This document shows positions 27,037 to 36,052 of a stretch of 61,116 nucleotides of DNA, in pieces. This stretch comes from a virus. Taxonomy: Duplodnaviria; Caudoviricetes. Position 1 is the first letter of the stretch. The number at the start of each line of letters is the position of its first letter. The notes under the pieces are model-generated. The model was not told the origin of the DNA. It ran no database searches and worked only from the letters and a program-made list of their open reading frames with translations. Location of the stretch: the IMG/VR virus record IMGVR_UViG_3300030106_004626, positions 1 through 61,116 of that record, one strand, 5' to 3'. Made by a program: the position numbers and the translations under genes.

Positions 27037-28065
27037 ATGGCCACATTGACTGTTCAAGGCGTCGAGGATGCCCTGCTAGACGTATGCGGGTCCAAGGGCG
27101 CTAACTCCGCCCAGTTCCTGAAGGAGCTTAATCTGGCCCTACCCAGACTTTACAATATGGGTATGTGGCGAGACCTTGTTTTTGAGGATGTCGTCACCAC
27201 TACGAGCAGCACGTTTACTATCCCCGACAACGCTGAATCAATTATTTCGGCTCTTTCCGATAGCGATGGGAGCAGCACCGATTATTCTTTCCCGAGAACT
27301 GTCCGCAGCCAATACCACGACTACCGACTGCTTGGTCGGGACGACGATGCCGGAGAGCACACGCTTGGGTCTATGGGCATTATTGACGACGGCTACTCAG
27401 CCACTGTCGAGGAGCCTGTAGATGGTAAGACCTATAGCTTGCGGCTGGCTCCGATTAGCCCTGATGGAAACCTTCCTTCCTCTGGGGTTGTCTTTGTTAC
27501 TTACTCAGACGGGACTGATACGTCTAATCCTGCGGTAGACGAAGATTCATCTTCTCCTACTAACGGGGGCAAATTTACTTTGTCGAGTGCGTCCGCGATG
27601 AACACGCATGCTACCGACATTACAAGCATTAGTGAAATCAGGGTAGACACTACCGAGCTATCCAAGCCCGTTCAACTATTGTGGGTTGAAACAGGCTCGT
27701 CCCCCGAAGTGACGCTCGTAGCAGCTAACGCGCTCCAACAAGCCAATCAAGTTACCCGTTATCGTCGTTACCGCATTGATAACCGGAACAACAAAACCCT
27801 AAAACTTCGGTTGTTGCTTAAACGCAAGTTTCAAAAACTTCTTAGCAGCACGGACGTTGTCTACATCTCTAGTCTCAACGCGATCAAACATTCGCTTCTT
27901 GGTTCTATTGCTGAAGAAAACGCTGACATTGAGCGAGCTAATTACCACTGGTCCGTGTGCCGCGCTTTGCTAGACGAGCAACTAGACGCCCACCGTGGAG
28001 CAGCCAAACCAGTATTTCGTGTTTCGCCTGCTGGAGCAGGCGGACGCACAATCAACATAATGTAA
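27037..28065 (+). CDS. putative tail adaptor/tubular protein
   Basis: Start at 27037 from TTGACC-17-TAGCGT-5nt-ATG; helical termini with beta-rich middle. Confidence 0.5.
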   Translation: MATLTVQGVEDALLDVCGSKGANSAQFLKELNLALPRLYNMGMWRDLVFEDVVTTTSSTFTIPDNAESIISALSDSDGSSTDYSFPRTVRSQYHDYRLLGRDDDAGEHTLGSMGIIDDGYSATVEEPVDGKTYSLRLAPISPDGNLPSSGVVFVTYSDGTDTSNPAVDEDSSSPTNGGKFTLSSASAMNTHATDITSISEIRVDTTELSKPVQLLWVETGSSPEVTLVAANALQQANQVTRYRRYRIDNRNNKTLKLRLLLKRKFQKLLSSTDVVYISSLNAIKHSLLGSIAEENADIERANYHWSVCRALLDEQLDAHRGAAKPVFRVSPAGAGGRTINIM

Positions 28066-28073
28066 CCCCTACT

Positions 28074-28253
28074 ATGATCCAATACATCACAGATAATGTA
28101 GACACCCTGTTACAAATCGCAGCGAGTGTAATCGCCGTGGCGTCTCTTGTCGCTACATTGACTCCCAACGAAAGCGACAATAAGTGGGTATCCCGCGCTT
28201 CGTCTGTTATTTCGTGGCTCGCGCTCAACGTGGGCAAGGCTAAAAGCAAGTGA
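28074..28253 (+). CDS. holin-like membrane protein
   Basis: 59 aa hydrophobic protein with LTPxxSD motif and basic C-terminus, in the lysis block. Confidence 0.55.
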   Translation: MIQYITDNVDTLLQIAASVIAVASLVATLTPNESDNKWVSRASSVISWLALNVGKAKSK

Positions 28254-28468
28254 GCCATTTTTTTAAACTTTTAACCGCAGCTCTACAGGCTTATGTCGAA
28301 CATGTCCGACTGCAAAGAGACCGACATCTCGACGCTCTCGAAGATAGGCTTGATGGCCTCGCTGCCGTTGGCGATGCTCATAGCAAGCTGCTCATCGAGC
28401 GCGTACACCAACGCATCGAGCGCGAACAACAGCGCGTTATACGATCCGCCGACGATCACGTTGATTAA
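28250..28468 (+). CDS. putative i-spanin-like protein
   Basis: Short helical ORF overlapped by a lipoprotein ORF in the +1 frame. Confidence 0.4.
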   Translation: MSHFFKLLTAALQAYVEHVRLQRDRHLDALEDRLDGLAAVGDAHSKLLIERVHQRIEREQQRVIRSADDHVD

Positions 28469-28571
28469 AGGTAGATCATATCAATTCAAAGAGGGTGTCC
28501 TTGTAGGACGCGACGAGCACAGATTTCACAGCGATTATTCCTATCGTCGTGCGATGATTATCGGCAAGTAG
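28293..28571 (+). CDS. putative o-spanin-like lipoprotein
   Basis: LPLAMLIAS-C lipobox-like segment; start could be 28353. Confidence 0.5.
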   Translation: MSNMSDCKETDISTLSKIGLMASLPLAMLIASCSSSAYTNASSANNSALYDPPTITLIKGRSYQFKEGVLVGRDEHRFHSDYSYRRAMIIGK

Positions 28572-28574
28572 CAA

Positions 28575-28742
28575 ATGATCTTTAACACGCGAATATTCGA
28601 TTCTTTGGTAGGGATGGCCGCTCCGGTCATCGGTCTGATTACGAGTATGCAAGAGCAGTTTGAATACTGGTTGCGTGTCGGTTCTCTCATAGTTGGTATC
28701 GCAGTGGGTGTCGCCTCTCTCTATCGGTTACTTAAAAAATGA
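28575..28742 (+). CDS. holin-like 55-aa protein (absent from the ORF track)
   Basis: MIFNTRIFDSLVGMAAPVIGLI...GSLIVGIAVGVASLYRLLKK; two hydrophobic segments; ATGA overlap with the amidase. Confidence 0.6.
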   Translation: MIFNTRIFDSLVGMAAPVIGLITSMQEQFEYWLRVGSLIVGIAVGVASLYRLLKK

Positions 28743-29296
28743 AAATTGGTTTGGCAGTAGGGCATTCCCGTTTAGGGGACCAAGGTGCTTACAGCGCGGG
28801 CGTTTATGTTTTGTCGGAGTGGGATTTTAACCGTGATCTTGTCCGTAGAGTAGCTACTCCCCTTAAAGGGCACGTAGATTTTGTAATCTACGATCAGTAT
28901 CCAGTTAAAAGCTACGTTGCTGGGATTAACTATTTAGCTAAGAAGTTAGAAGAAGATCAGGTGGACGCGGTCATAGAATTTCATTTTAATTCAGCCGGTG
29001 CTAAATCTACCGGCCACGAGTGGCTATATTGGCATTCAAGTAAACTAGGCAGCAAATTAGCGTATCATTTGAGGGATGAAATGAGCGAATCGTATCCTGA
29101 TTTGACATCGCGAGGAGCGAAGCCTAGAGTTTCTAAACAAAGGGGTTCGTATTTTTTACGAAAAGTCAGACCTCCGGCAGTCATAGCCGAACCATTCTTT
29201 GGTAGTAACGCCGACGAGTGGGCGATGATAAATAATAATCGGGGCAAATTAGCAGGAGTCTTTGCCCGTGCGATAAAGAAATATGCCGAAGAATGA
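28739..29296 (+). CDS. endolysin, N-acetylmuramoyl-L-alanine amidase (Amidase_3)
   Basis: VGH...SE...EFHFNS...IAEPFF zinc-binding and catalytic motifs. Confidence 0.88.
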   Translation: MKIGLAVGHSRLGDQGAYSAGVYVLSEWDFNRDLVRRVATPLKGHVDFVIYDQYPVKSYVAGINYLAKKLEEDQVDAVIEFHFNSAGAKSTGHEWLYWHSSKLGSKLAYHLRDEMSESYPDLTSRGAKPRVSKQRGSYFLRKVRPPAVIAEPFFGSNADEWAMINNNRGKLAGVFARAIKKYAEE

Positions 29297-29613
29297 GTAT
29301 CCCTAAAAGCATAACAGTAGGCGGTGTTCGGGTCCGAATTCGTCTAGGAGATTTAGGTGACGACGATTGTTACGGGATGTATTCCCACAGAAGAAAACTT
29401 ATTACTATTGATAAAACACTCAGAGGAAAAGAACTTCACGACACCGTTCGTCACGAGATGCTTCACGCAGCACTTGCTATCTCTGGGCTTAGTTATTCAG
29501 AGTCCTACGAAGAAGAAAGTATAGTGCGTTGCATAGACGAAATATATTTTCCAGCGTGGGAGCGATTTTCAAAAAGATTCCAAGCCAATGTCAAAAAAGA
29601 AATCCAGAGTTAA
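29293..29613 (+). CDS. small zincin-like metallopeptidase domain protein
   Basis: HEMLH...EE motif. Confidence 0.65.
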   Translation: MSIPKSITVGGVRVRIRLGDLGDDDCYGMYSHRRKLITIDKTLRGKELHDTVRHEMLHAALAISGLSYSESYEEESIVRCIDEIYFPAWERFSKRFQANVKKEIQS

Positions 29614-29767
29614 CGAAGCGGGTAATTACACTAAGCCCAGTATGCGTAAACGACTTTTTGAACGAATTAAAGCCGGATCAAAAGGGGGACGCAGTGGTCA
29701 GTGGTCGGCGCGTAAAGCGCAGATGCTCGCCCGTGAATACAAAGCTAAAGGAGGAGGATACCGATAA
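29588..29767 (+). CDS. basic protein, DUF5872-like N-half (absent from the ORF track)
   Basis: NYTKPSMRKRLFERIKAGSKGG..GQWSARKAQMLAREYKAKGGGY. Confidence 0.7.
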   Translation: MSKKKSRVNEAGNYTKPSMRKRLFERIKAGSKGGRSGQWSARKAQMLAREYKAKGGGYR

Positions 29768-30012
29768 TGGCCCTGAAGAAGTCACAAAAGTCGTTGAAAA
29801 ATTGGACAAAAGAAGACTGGGGAACCAGCTCTGGCAAAAAGTCTTCTGAAACAGGGGAGCGTTACTTACCCCGAGCGGCTAGGAATATGTTGACTTCTGC
29901 ACAAAAAGCAGCGGGCAACCGCAAAAAACGCGAAGCTACTGCAAAGGGAAAACAGCGTGCTAAATACACAGAAGCAGAGCGACGAGCTTTTTTAAAATCC
30001 TCAAAACGATAA
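29767..30012 (+). CDS. basic protein, DUF5872-like C-half
   Basis: QKSLKNWTKEDW...ERYLP. Confidence 0.7.
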   Translation: MALKKSQKSLKNWTKEDWGTSSGKKSSETGERYLPRAARNMLTSAQKAAGNRKKREATAKGKQRAKYTEAERRAFLKSSKR

Positions 30013-30017
30013 TTAAC

Positions 30018-30251
30018 ATGAAGAAAAAAGATTTTAAACCACATAACATGTATGACCCGAAAACGGGAAAGGCTGTAGCCGCTAAAACCTACGAGCAGCA
30101 TCTTGCGCTCAAGAAAAAAGGATATGGCCATTCAGCCCCTAAAAAGAAAGCAGCCAAAAAGAAAACCGCTAAGAAAGCAGCTAAGAAAGCAGCTAAGAAA
30201 GACGAGTCTTTTATGGAGGCAGTAGAAAGGCAAATGGGGGGTGGCTACTAA
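30018..30251 (+). CDS. histone H1-like Lys/Ala-rich protein
   Basis: KKAAKK repeats. Confidence 0.65.
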   Translation: MKKKDFKPHNMYDPKTGKAVAAKTYEQHLALKKKGYGHSAPKKKAAKKKTAKKAAKKAAKKDESFMEAVERQMGGGY

Positions 30252-30534
30252 AAAGTTCAAACGGTTGCCGTCTGGTAGAATACAATACCATGGGGAAACC
30301 TTTGCGGGTTTTAACAAACCAAAACGCGCCCCTAAAGGGAGTAAAAAGAAGTTTGTTGTTCTTGGAAAACAAGGGGATAAAATTAAAAAAGTTTCCTACG
30401 GACATCGTGATTACTCTGATTTCCGAAAGCACAAAAACCCAAAACGTCGGGCTAACTTCCGAGCGCGGCATAATTGTGCCACTGCAAAAGATAAAACATC
30501 AGCAAGATACTGGGCGTGTAAACATCTTTGGTGA
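30241..30534 (+). CDS. conserved small basic phage protein
   Basis: KKVSYG...RRANFRARH-C...YWAC motif. Confidence 0.7.
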   Translation: MATKKFKRLPSGRIQYHGETFAGFNKPKRAPKGSKKKFVVLGKQGDKIKKVSYGHRDYSDFRKHKNPKRRANFRARHNCATAKDKTSARYWACKHLW

Positions 30535-31070
30535 TGAAGAAAAAACTGCCGCGTCAGTTTTCAAAAGACAAACGCGGTAAGCTCATAAGGTTCACCCCGA
30601 ACTCAGAGAACGTAAAGCAAGCGTTCGAAAGAAGCCAAAATCTTGGTATTCTCCCCAATTCGTTTACTCGTGGTGCGGGTCGCATGACCGGCTTTCTTGG
30701 CGAGATAGGCTTCGAGCTTCTTTTTTCTAGTGCGAAGTATGTTGGTAATTACAGCCTCACTCACGACTACTTATTGGGGAATAGAAAAATTGATGTAAAG
30801 TCAAAGACCTGTCACGATAAACCAAAGCCTCATTACACAGCTTCTGTTGTTTGCCCTGAAGGGAAACCCCTTAAAGCTAGCCATTATTTCTTTGTCCGCG
30901 TCCGTAAAGATCTGACTCGCGCTTGGATGTTGGGCTGGATAACTAAGAATCGTTTGCTAGAGCAGGGCGAGTTCAAGCGCAAGGGGGAAGAAGACGACTA
31001 CGGCTTTGCTTACAAAGTGTCAGGCTATCACATCCCTATCTCTGCTCTCCGGTCCCCTATGTCTTTATGA
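30528..31070 (+). CDS. PD-(D/E)XK restriction-endonuclease-like protein
   Basis: GFLGE...HDY...IDVKSK. Confidence 0.6.
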   Translation: MVMKKKLPRQFSKDKRGKLIRFTPNSENVKQAFERSQNLGILPNSFTRGAGRMTGFLGEIGFELLFSSAKYVGNYSLTHDYLLGNRKIDVKSKTCHDKPKPHYTASVVCPEGKPLKASHYFFVRVRKDLTRAWMLGWITKNRLLEQGEFKRKGEEDDYGFAYKVSGYHIPISALRSPMSL

Positions 31071-33224
31071 CGCCGAGACTAAATCGGGAATAATATCATA
31101 CTTTTCTTCGATACTGATCGACCACACTTTACCCCCGCCATGTCCTACCGACCTTACCGGACGAATATTATCGTTAGCTTTACCCGCTTCCTCAAGAGTG
31201 GACATCCCCCGTCGAACGAATTCAAGGTTGTTAGACATGCCAACGCATCGCCCGTTATTAAAATCGTGAAGAGTTACTTGGAACTCGGTCAATGTTCCTT
31301 CCCATGTCCTGTGAGCCGTATTTAGAGCGCGGCATTTTTTTGCAAAGAACTCGACAAGCTCCGCAACCGCCGACCGGCTGGAGTTGTCATAAGCGGCTGA
31401 AGATACTGAATTGTCAATGAATCCAACTATGCCAAAGCGCCCATAAGATTCGATTTCTTGCGGGACTGTCCAATCTACCAACCATTTCCCAAAATAAGGT
31501 AGCTCGTCCTTGATTGTTTTCTCCAAAATTTTGTTGGGGGGAAATTTGCTGGTAGCAGTATCTCGTACCTTTAGAGCCATGAGTTTGTCACGGTTGCTAC
31601 TGTCTAGGGCGGGTATCACTGACAGGCTATTAGCATCCATGTTTAGGCTCAGGATTACCCGCCCTGCCCACGGAATAGAAAGGGCATCCGCATACTTGGC
31701 CATGTATTCAATACGCGGGTTGGCTACGGCCCGCTTAATTAGCTCCGTTGCCTTTCTTTGGTCCTGAAATGAGCTGGCACTTGTCGTGTCATCGATAACC
31801 CAAGCCGCCACGCGCCCCAGATCTTTGTTAAATTTGGTATGCCCCGACAGGTAATCGGAAGCGTCGGAAAAACCGCCGACAAGACCGGAGATAACTCTGT
31901 TAGACAAAAGGCTCTTTCCCTTGTTGGTTGGTCCGACCAGAATAAGCGCGTGTCCTTGCCGTGACTCCCTGTCTAAAACGGCTTCGTAAAACCGCTTCAT
32001 CCATGCAAAAAAATATTCAATAGTTGGGCGTGGAGTAGAATCCTCGAACAACTGATGTAGCCATGTGTGAAGGAAGGGCCAGTTCTTCGGGTCTCCATCG
32101 TCTGCTGGCTCGACTGGCTCAATAGTGGATGTGTTTAAAATTCGGTTTCCGCTACACTCGACTATACGGTCCTTAGAGAAAACCACGGGGGCGATTTCGT
32201 GAACTCTGTTCTGGTTGCTTATAACAAGGATTGCTGACTCCACCTCAGATAACGGCTTGCCCTTTTGTTGCTTCGGAGAAAATCCCATTTGTCGCAGTTC
32301 CAAGACGAGTTGTTCTCGGGGGATCTCAACCGCCAAGTTATTCAACAGTTTGAAGAATCGTTTGCCGTTGAACCAATACTCATCGAGCAAGCTGCCCATT
32401 TTCTTTTGTTCAAACGCCTCTACAAATCCCGCTCCAAAAATGTCTCGCCACGACATGAACCCCCTACCCGCTCTATCGCTGTAGCAAATTATTCCGTCTT
32501 CGCTGACCTGACAGCCTTCACGATCAATTCCGTCATCAATCCAAAACAACGGTCCCCTGCTCCCGATCTCAAATGCGCCCATCCATCGATGACCATAATC
32601 GGCTCTGACTTTTTCTGCTACAACGTCGATAGGAATCGAAGTGTCCCCCGATTGTGGCGCGTTTGTCTCCGCAGATTTTAGTAACGCCGTGTGAACGACA
32701 TTCTTGCCGAGTTGTGGGCCGACTGATGTCCACTCCGTCCCTAACTCAAAATACTGCGATGGGTTTAAGGAGGTCTCGTCGAACCCAGCAAATATTTTAT
32801 TTAGCCGGAGAACTCGTTTCATCTCCTTAGCAAACGGCCCTACCATTTCTGGCGCAATAGGAAGCCCCTCTGCAAACTCCCATACGAGTCGTATATACCC
32901 ACTGTACGTTTTAGATCTCCACGTAGGCAATGCTCCGGCGCAGACAGTTGATATCTTTCCGTCCACCATGCTCCAGTTTACTGGCGCGTCGTAGTCAGCA
33001 ACTATCCCATATATCTTGTTAGGAGGGTTCTCCGCTGAAACTCTTTTTGATGGGGCGCGTCCTTCTACAGTCGAGTAAAATACGTGCTTTGTTTTGTTAT
33101 CCGCACACCACGCTCGGTATTCAGCTTTTGATGAAAACTTAGGGACGTTGTAGGGTAGTTTAGAAATATCTACTGCTTTACTCGCTGCGGCAGACCGCAA
33201 ATTTTCAATGTGTCTGTAAATCAT
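31065..33224 (-). CDS. primase-helicase (C-terminal SF3/DUF5906-like ATPase)
   Basis: N-terminal DYD; Walker A GPTNKGKS, Walker B VIDD; adjacent to polA. Confidence 0.75.
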   Translation of the reverse strand: MIYRHIENLRSAAASKAVDISKLPYNVPKFSSKAEYRAWCADNKTKHVFYSTVEGRAPSKRVSAENPPNKIYGIVADYDAPVNWSMVDGKISTVCAGALPTWRSKTYSGYIRLVWEFAEGLPIAPEMVGPFAKEMKRVLRLNKIFAGFDETSLNPSQYFELGTEWTSVGPQLGKNVVHTALLKSAETNAPQSGDTSIPIDVVAEKVRADYGHRWMGAFEIGSRGPLFWIDDGIDREGCQVSEDGIICYSDRAGRGFMSWRDIFGAGFVEAFEQKKMGSLLDEYWFNGKRFFKLLNNLAVEIPREQLVLELRQMGFSPKQQKGKPLSEVESAILVISNQNRVHEIAPVVFSKDRIVECSGNRILNTSTIEPVEPADDGDPKNWPFLHTWLHQLFEDSTPRPTIEYFFAWMKRFYEAVLDRESRQGHALILVGPTNKGKSLLSNRVISGLVGGFSDASDYLSGHTKFNKDLGRVAAWVIDDTTSASSFQDQRKATELIKRAVANPRIEYMAKYADALSIPWAGRVILSLNMDANSLSVIPALDSSNRDKLMALKVRDTATSKFPPNKILEKTIKDELPYFGKWLVDWTVPQEIESYGRFGIVGFIDNSVSSAAYDNSSRSAVAELVEFFAKKCRALNTAHRTWEGTLTEFQVTLHDFNNGRCVGMSNNLEFVRRGMSTLEEAGKANDNIRPVRSVGHGGGKVWSISIEEKYDIIPDLVSAS

Positions 33225-34996
33225 TTAGTGTATCTGGTAAGCGTGGTCCCTTCAGCGTCGAGGGGAATATCTGGTATCCATTCCGGCGGGGTAGACATTA
33301 TTTTTATAACGTCTTCCAGCACGGCATCCGCGTTGTCCGCATCCGCCTCCACAACAATCTCATCGTGAACGTGCATTATGACGTTATGCCCTGCGGCTGC
33401 AACCCTGACAAGCATATCACTAAAAATATCGCGGGCGAGTGCCTGAGAAGCGTTTTCGGCTACAAAACCACCCCATAATTTTATGGGGACCATCTTGACC
33501 CCTTTTGGAAAATGAGCCGTGTATTGAATCCGGCCCCCTTCAACTTTGTCCGCAGAAATCAACCCGTAGTCCAGCACCCGTCCGCTTGGCAAGTCCACCG
33601 TGAATGGGGTGGGCATCCCCTGTTGTGACAGATTATAAGCTCCGTTAATGTCCATGTTATACTTTTTCCATAAACGGACCACACTTTCCATCGTCCTTCG
33701 GTAACGAGTAACAGCGGCATCTGCTTCAAATTCGTCCATACCTGACATCTCACCAAACCGTTTATACCCCGCCCCGTATCCGCAACCTAAGACCATAGCC
33801 TTTACCTTATGTCTAAGTTTGGGGTCTTGTTTAAGTGAGCCATCCTCTTTTTTCCACCTATGAAAGCGGATCGCAAAAGCCTCATAGATATCATCGGTAG
33901 CTTCAATTTCTTTAAGCATCTCCGTGTCTCGCGCCAGCCAACACAGCGTTCGGACTTCAATCTGACTCAAGTCTACCACCACTAACCGTTTATCTTTTTT
34001 TGTAGATATAAGGTGACGAAGATTGACCCCAAACATTTCGTCACGAGGCAGATTCTGAAGGTTAAGGTTTCCTCCGCTCCCACTGAACCTCCCTGTATGC
34101 GCCCCGAAATACATACAGCCGCCGTAGTATCTTCCGTCAGGCATGGTCGCTACATCGAAACTCTCTACCTTTTTCTTGAGTGCATTGATCCGCCTCCAGT
34201 TCTGAGTAGCTTCAATCCAGTCGTGCTTCTGACTATTATATTCAATCCACTTCCTACTCTCAGGGTTGGTCTTTGCCAGACTCGCAGGAGGCTCCAGCCC
34301 AACCTTCTGGCATTCCTCGTCAAATGCCGCACGGCTCAAGAGTGGTTTATTCCCGAGCCATGGGATACGAGATTCTGCCTCGAACAATTTCTCATTTATC
34401 GTCTCCAGTTGTTCTTTTAGGAGATCCGTGTCGATAGGGATTCCGCCCTGACAAATCCTCCTGTTCAAGATGCTTATTGCTCTCTCTTCTTCCGGCCAGC
34501 GGTCACTAAACTCTTCCCACAACCGTAGACAAAGTTCGGCATCTTTAATCGCGTAGGCGCTAACCTCTTCGCGGAACTCTTCTGTCATCGACTCCCACCG
34601 CTTGCCACTCATGTTGTCGCGAGTGGTCTTGTCAATTTCTAATCCAAAAGCTGCATGAGACGCTCCTTTAAGCGACCGAGGCAAGCGAACATACGCCGCC
34701 AAATCGGCTGTACAGTGCCAGACAAGCGGCCTGACTTCCGGCCACCATCCTTGGGTAGCGCCATATAGATATAAGGTTTCATCGAACGATGCGTTGTGGC
34801 TCAGTGCTGTATTACCAATTAATAACTCCCAGTTAAACTTTTTTGGGTGGCCAACAAATTCGGTTCCGTCAGTTCCTTTTACGGTTAGCAGGTAAGCGTC
34901 AAAGTCGGGGTGAGAAAAATACCCCATTGGGCCGAGTGTTTTTATGCTGCATCTTTTGTCGTAGTAAGTCTCGTAGTCGAGAGCGTAGATTTTCAT
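33221..34996 (-). CDS. polA: DNA polymerase family A with 3'-5' exonuclease
   Basis: DYET, HNASFD, YAIKD; TGRFS, NLQN, DLSQIE, KAMVLGCGYG, VHDE. Confidence 0.93.
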   Translation of the reverse strand: MKIYALDYETYYDKRCSIKTLGPMGYFSHPDFDAYLLTVKGTDGTEFVGHPKKFNWELLIGNTALSHNASFDETLYLYGATQGWWPEVRPLVWHCTADLAAYVRLPRSLKGASHAAFGLEIDKTTRDNMSGKRWESMTEEFREEVSAYAIKDAELCLRLWEEFSDRWPEEERAISILNRRICQGGIPIDTDLLKEQLETINEKLFEAESRIPWLGNKPLLSRAAFDEECQKVGLEPPASLAKTNPESRKWIEYNSQKHDWIEATQNWRRINALKKKVESFDVATMPDGRYYGGCMYFGAHTGRFSGSGGNLNLQNLPRDEMFGVNLRHLISTKKDKRLVVVDLSQIEVRTLCWLARDTEMLKEIEATDDIYEAFAIRFHRWKKEDGSLKQDPKLRHKVKAMVLGCGYGAGYKRFGEMSGMDEFEADAAVTRYRRTMESVVRLWKKYNMDINGAYNLSQQGMPTPFTVDLPSGRVLDYGLISADKVEGGRIQYTAHFPKGVKMVPIKLWGGFVAENASQALARDIFSDMLVRVAAAGHNVIMHVHDEIVVEADADNADAVLEDVIKIMSTPPEWIPDIPLDAEGTTLTRYTK

Positions 34997-35002
34997 AGCT
35001 TC

Positions 35003-35042
35003 AAAAAACCCCCCACTGGAAAAAATGAAAACCAGTGGGGGG
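35003..35042 (-). terminator. Rho-independent terminator immediately upstream of polA
   Basis: CCCCCCACTGG-loop-CCAGTGGGGGG TTTTTT. Confidence 0.8.
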
Positions 35043-35146
35043 CGTTATAGCCGCTTTTATGTGATTACGGCTAGGGCGATGCTTTAACCAGAACAGCTTC
35101 GGATACACTAATTAACCTTAACTGCCCCGCCACAATACCCAATCTT

Positions 35147-35383
35147 TTAGTCCTCGTCTTTCTCCACCTCAGTTTTCTTCCCGTCCACGACAAAAGTCAG
35201 GTCTAACTGATTGTTGTCTTCGGTTGGGAGGTCCACCCCGATTGCACCTGCTAATGCTTTTCGGACGGCCACAAGTTTGCGCTTACTTTCGTGAGCTGAA
35301 GCGATGGATTTTTCGATTTCGTCAATCATGCCCCCAAGCATGGTCACTTCCTGTTCCACTAATATTTCGTCAAAGTCCGCCAT
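35147..35383 (-). CDS. hypothetical coiled-coil protein
   Basis: 78 aa. Confidence 0.65.
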   Translation of the reverse strand: MADFDEILVEQEVTMLGGMIDEIEKSIASAHESKRKLVAVRKALAGAIGVDLPTEDNNQLDLTFVVDGKKTEVEKDED

Positions 35384-36018
35384 TATCTTGCAAAGTTGTT
35401 GGCGAATTTCTGCACGGCCTCACTCGTATTTTTGTCAGTAAAAGTGAGGCTTGGAGCGTACCAAGAATATTTCCCCCTGCTAATTACCGAAGATGCAAAA
35501 TTCCAGTAACGAGTAGACGGAGGGGTCTCGGGGTTGAACAAGGTAAACGTAGCCAGACGTTTGAAAGTCTGCCTATACGCATCCTTAGCAACATTAATAC
35601 GACCAAGTGCGTAGAACTTGTCCCCAATAGGGAACGGAAATGCAGCATCTACTTCCGTATCCTCCGGCTTTTCAATAGCCAAAGTAATGTCAGCAAATTC
35701 TAACATTGGATAATCCGAGGATGCGGCAATCGAATCGCGCTCTTCTTGCGAATACGCAATTCGAGGAACCTCATCATCGTCATACGGGATGTCCTCGCGC
35801 CATCCCTTAGTTACCGAGACTGGCACAGCCAAAACATTCGTCTCCGGTTCTGCGATGACGAATTGTTTGTCTACGACAATGCTTCCAAAAGGGGCATCAA
35901 TCTCAGATGTTTTTTGCACCACATTAATCCTTGGGATCTCGATGTCGCTTGGTTCAATCATCATGCTCGCGGGAGACATGATTTCCGTAGTGGTGGCTTC
36001 TTTAAGTTTACCTGCCAT
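35383..36018 (-). CDS. putative ssDNA-binding protein
   Basis: ATG at 36018; DIEIPRINVVQ motif; located between the nuclease and polA. Confidence 0.5.
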   Translation of the reverse strand: MAGKLKEATTTEIMSPASMMIEPSDIEIPRINVVQKTSEIDAPFGSIVVDKQFVIAEPETNVLAVPVSVTKGWREDIPYDDDEVPRIAYSQEERDSIAASSDYPMLEFADITLAIEKPEDTEVDAAFPFPIGDKFYALGRINVAKDAYRQTFKRLATFTLFNPETPPSTRYWNFASSVISRGKYSWYAPSLTFTDKNTSEAVQKFANNFAR

Positions 36019-36052
36019 TGTGTTTCTTGTTTCTTGTTTCTTGTTTCTTTGA

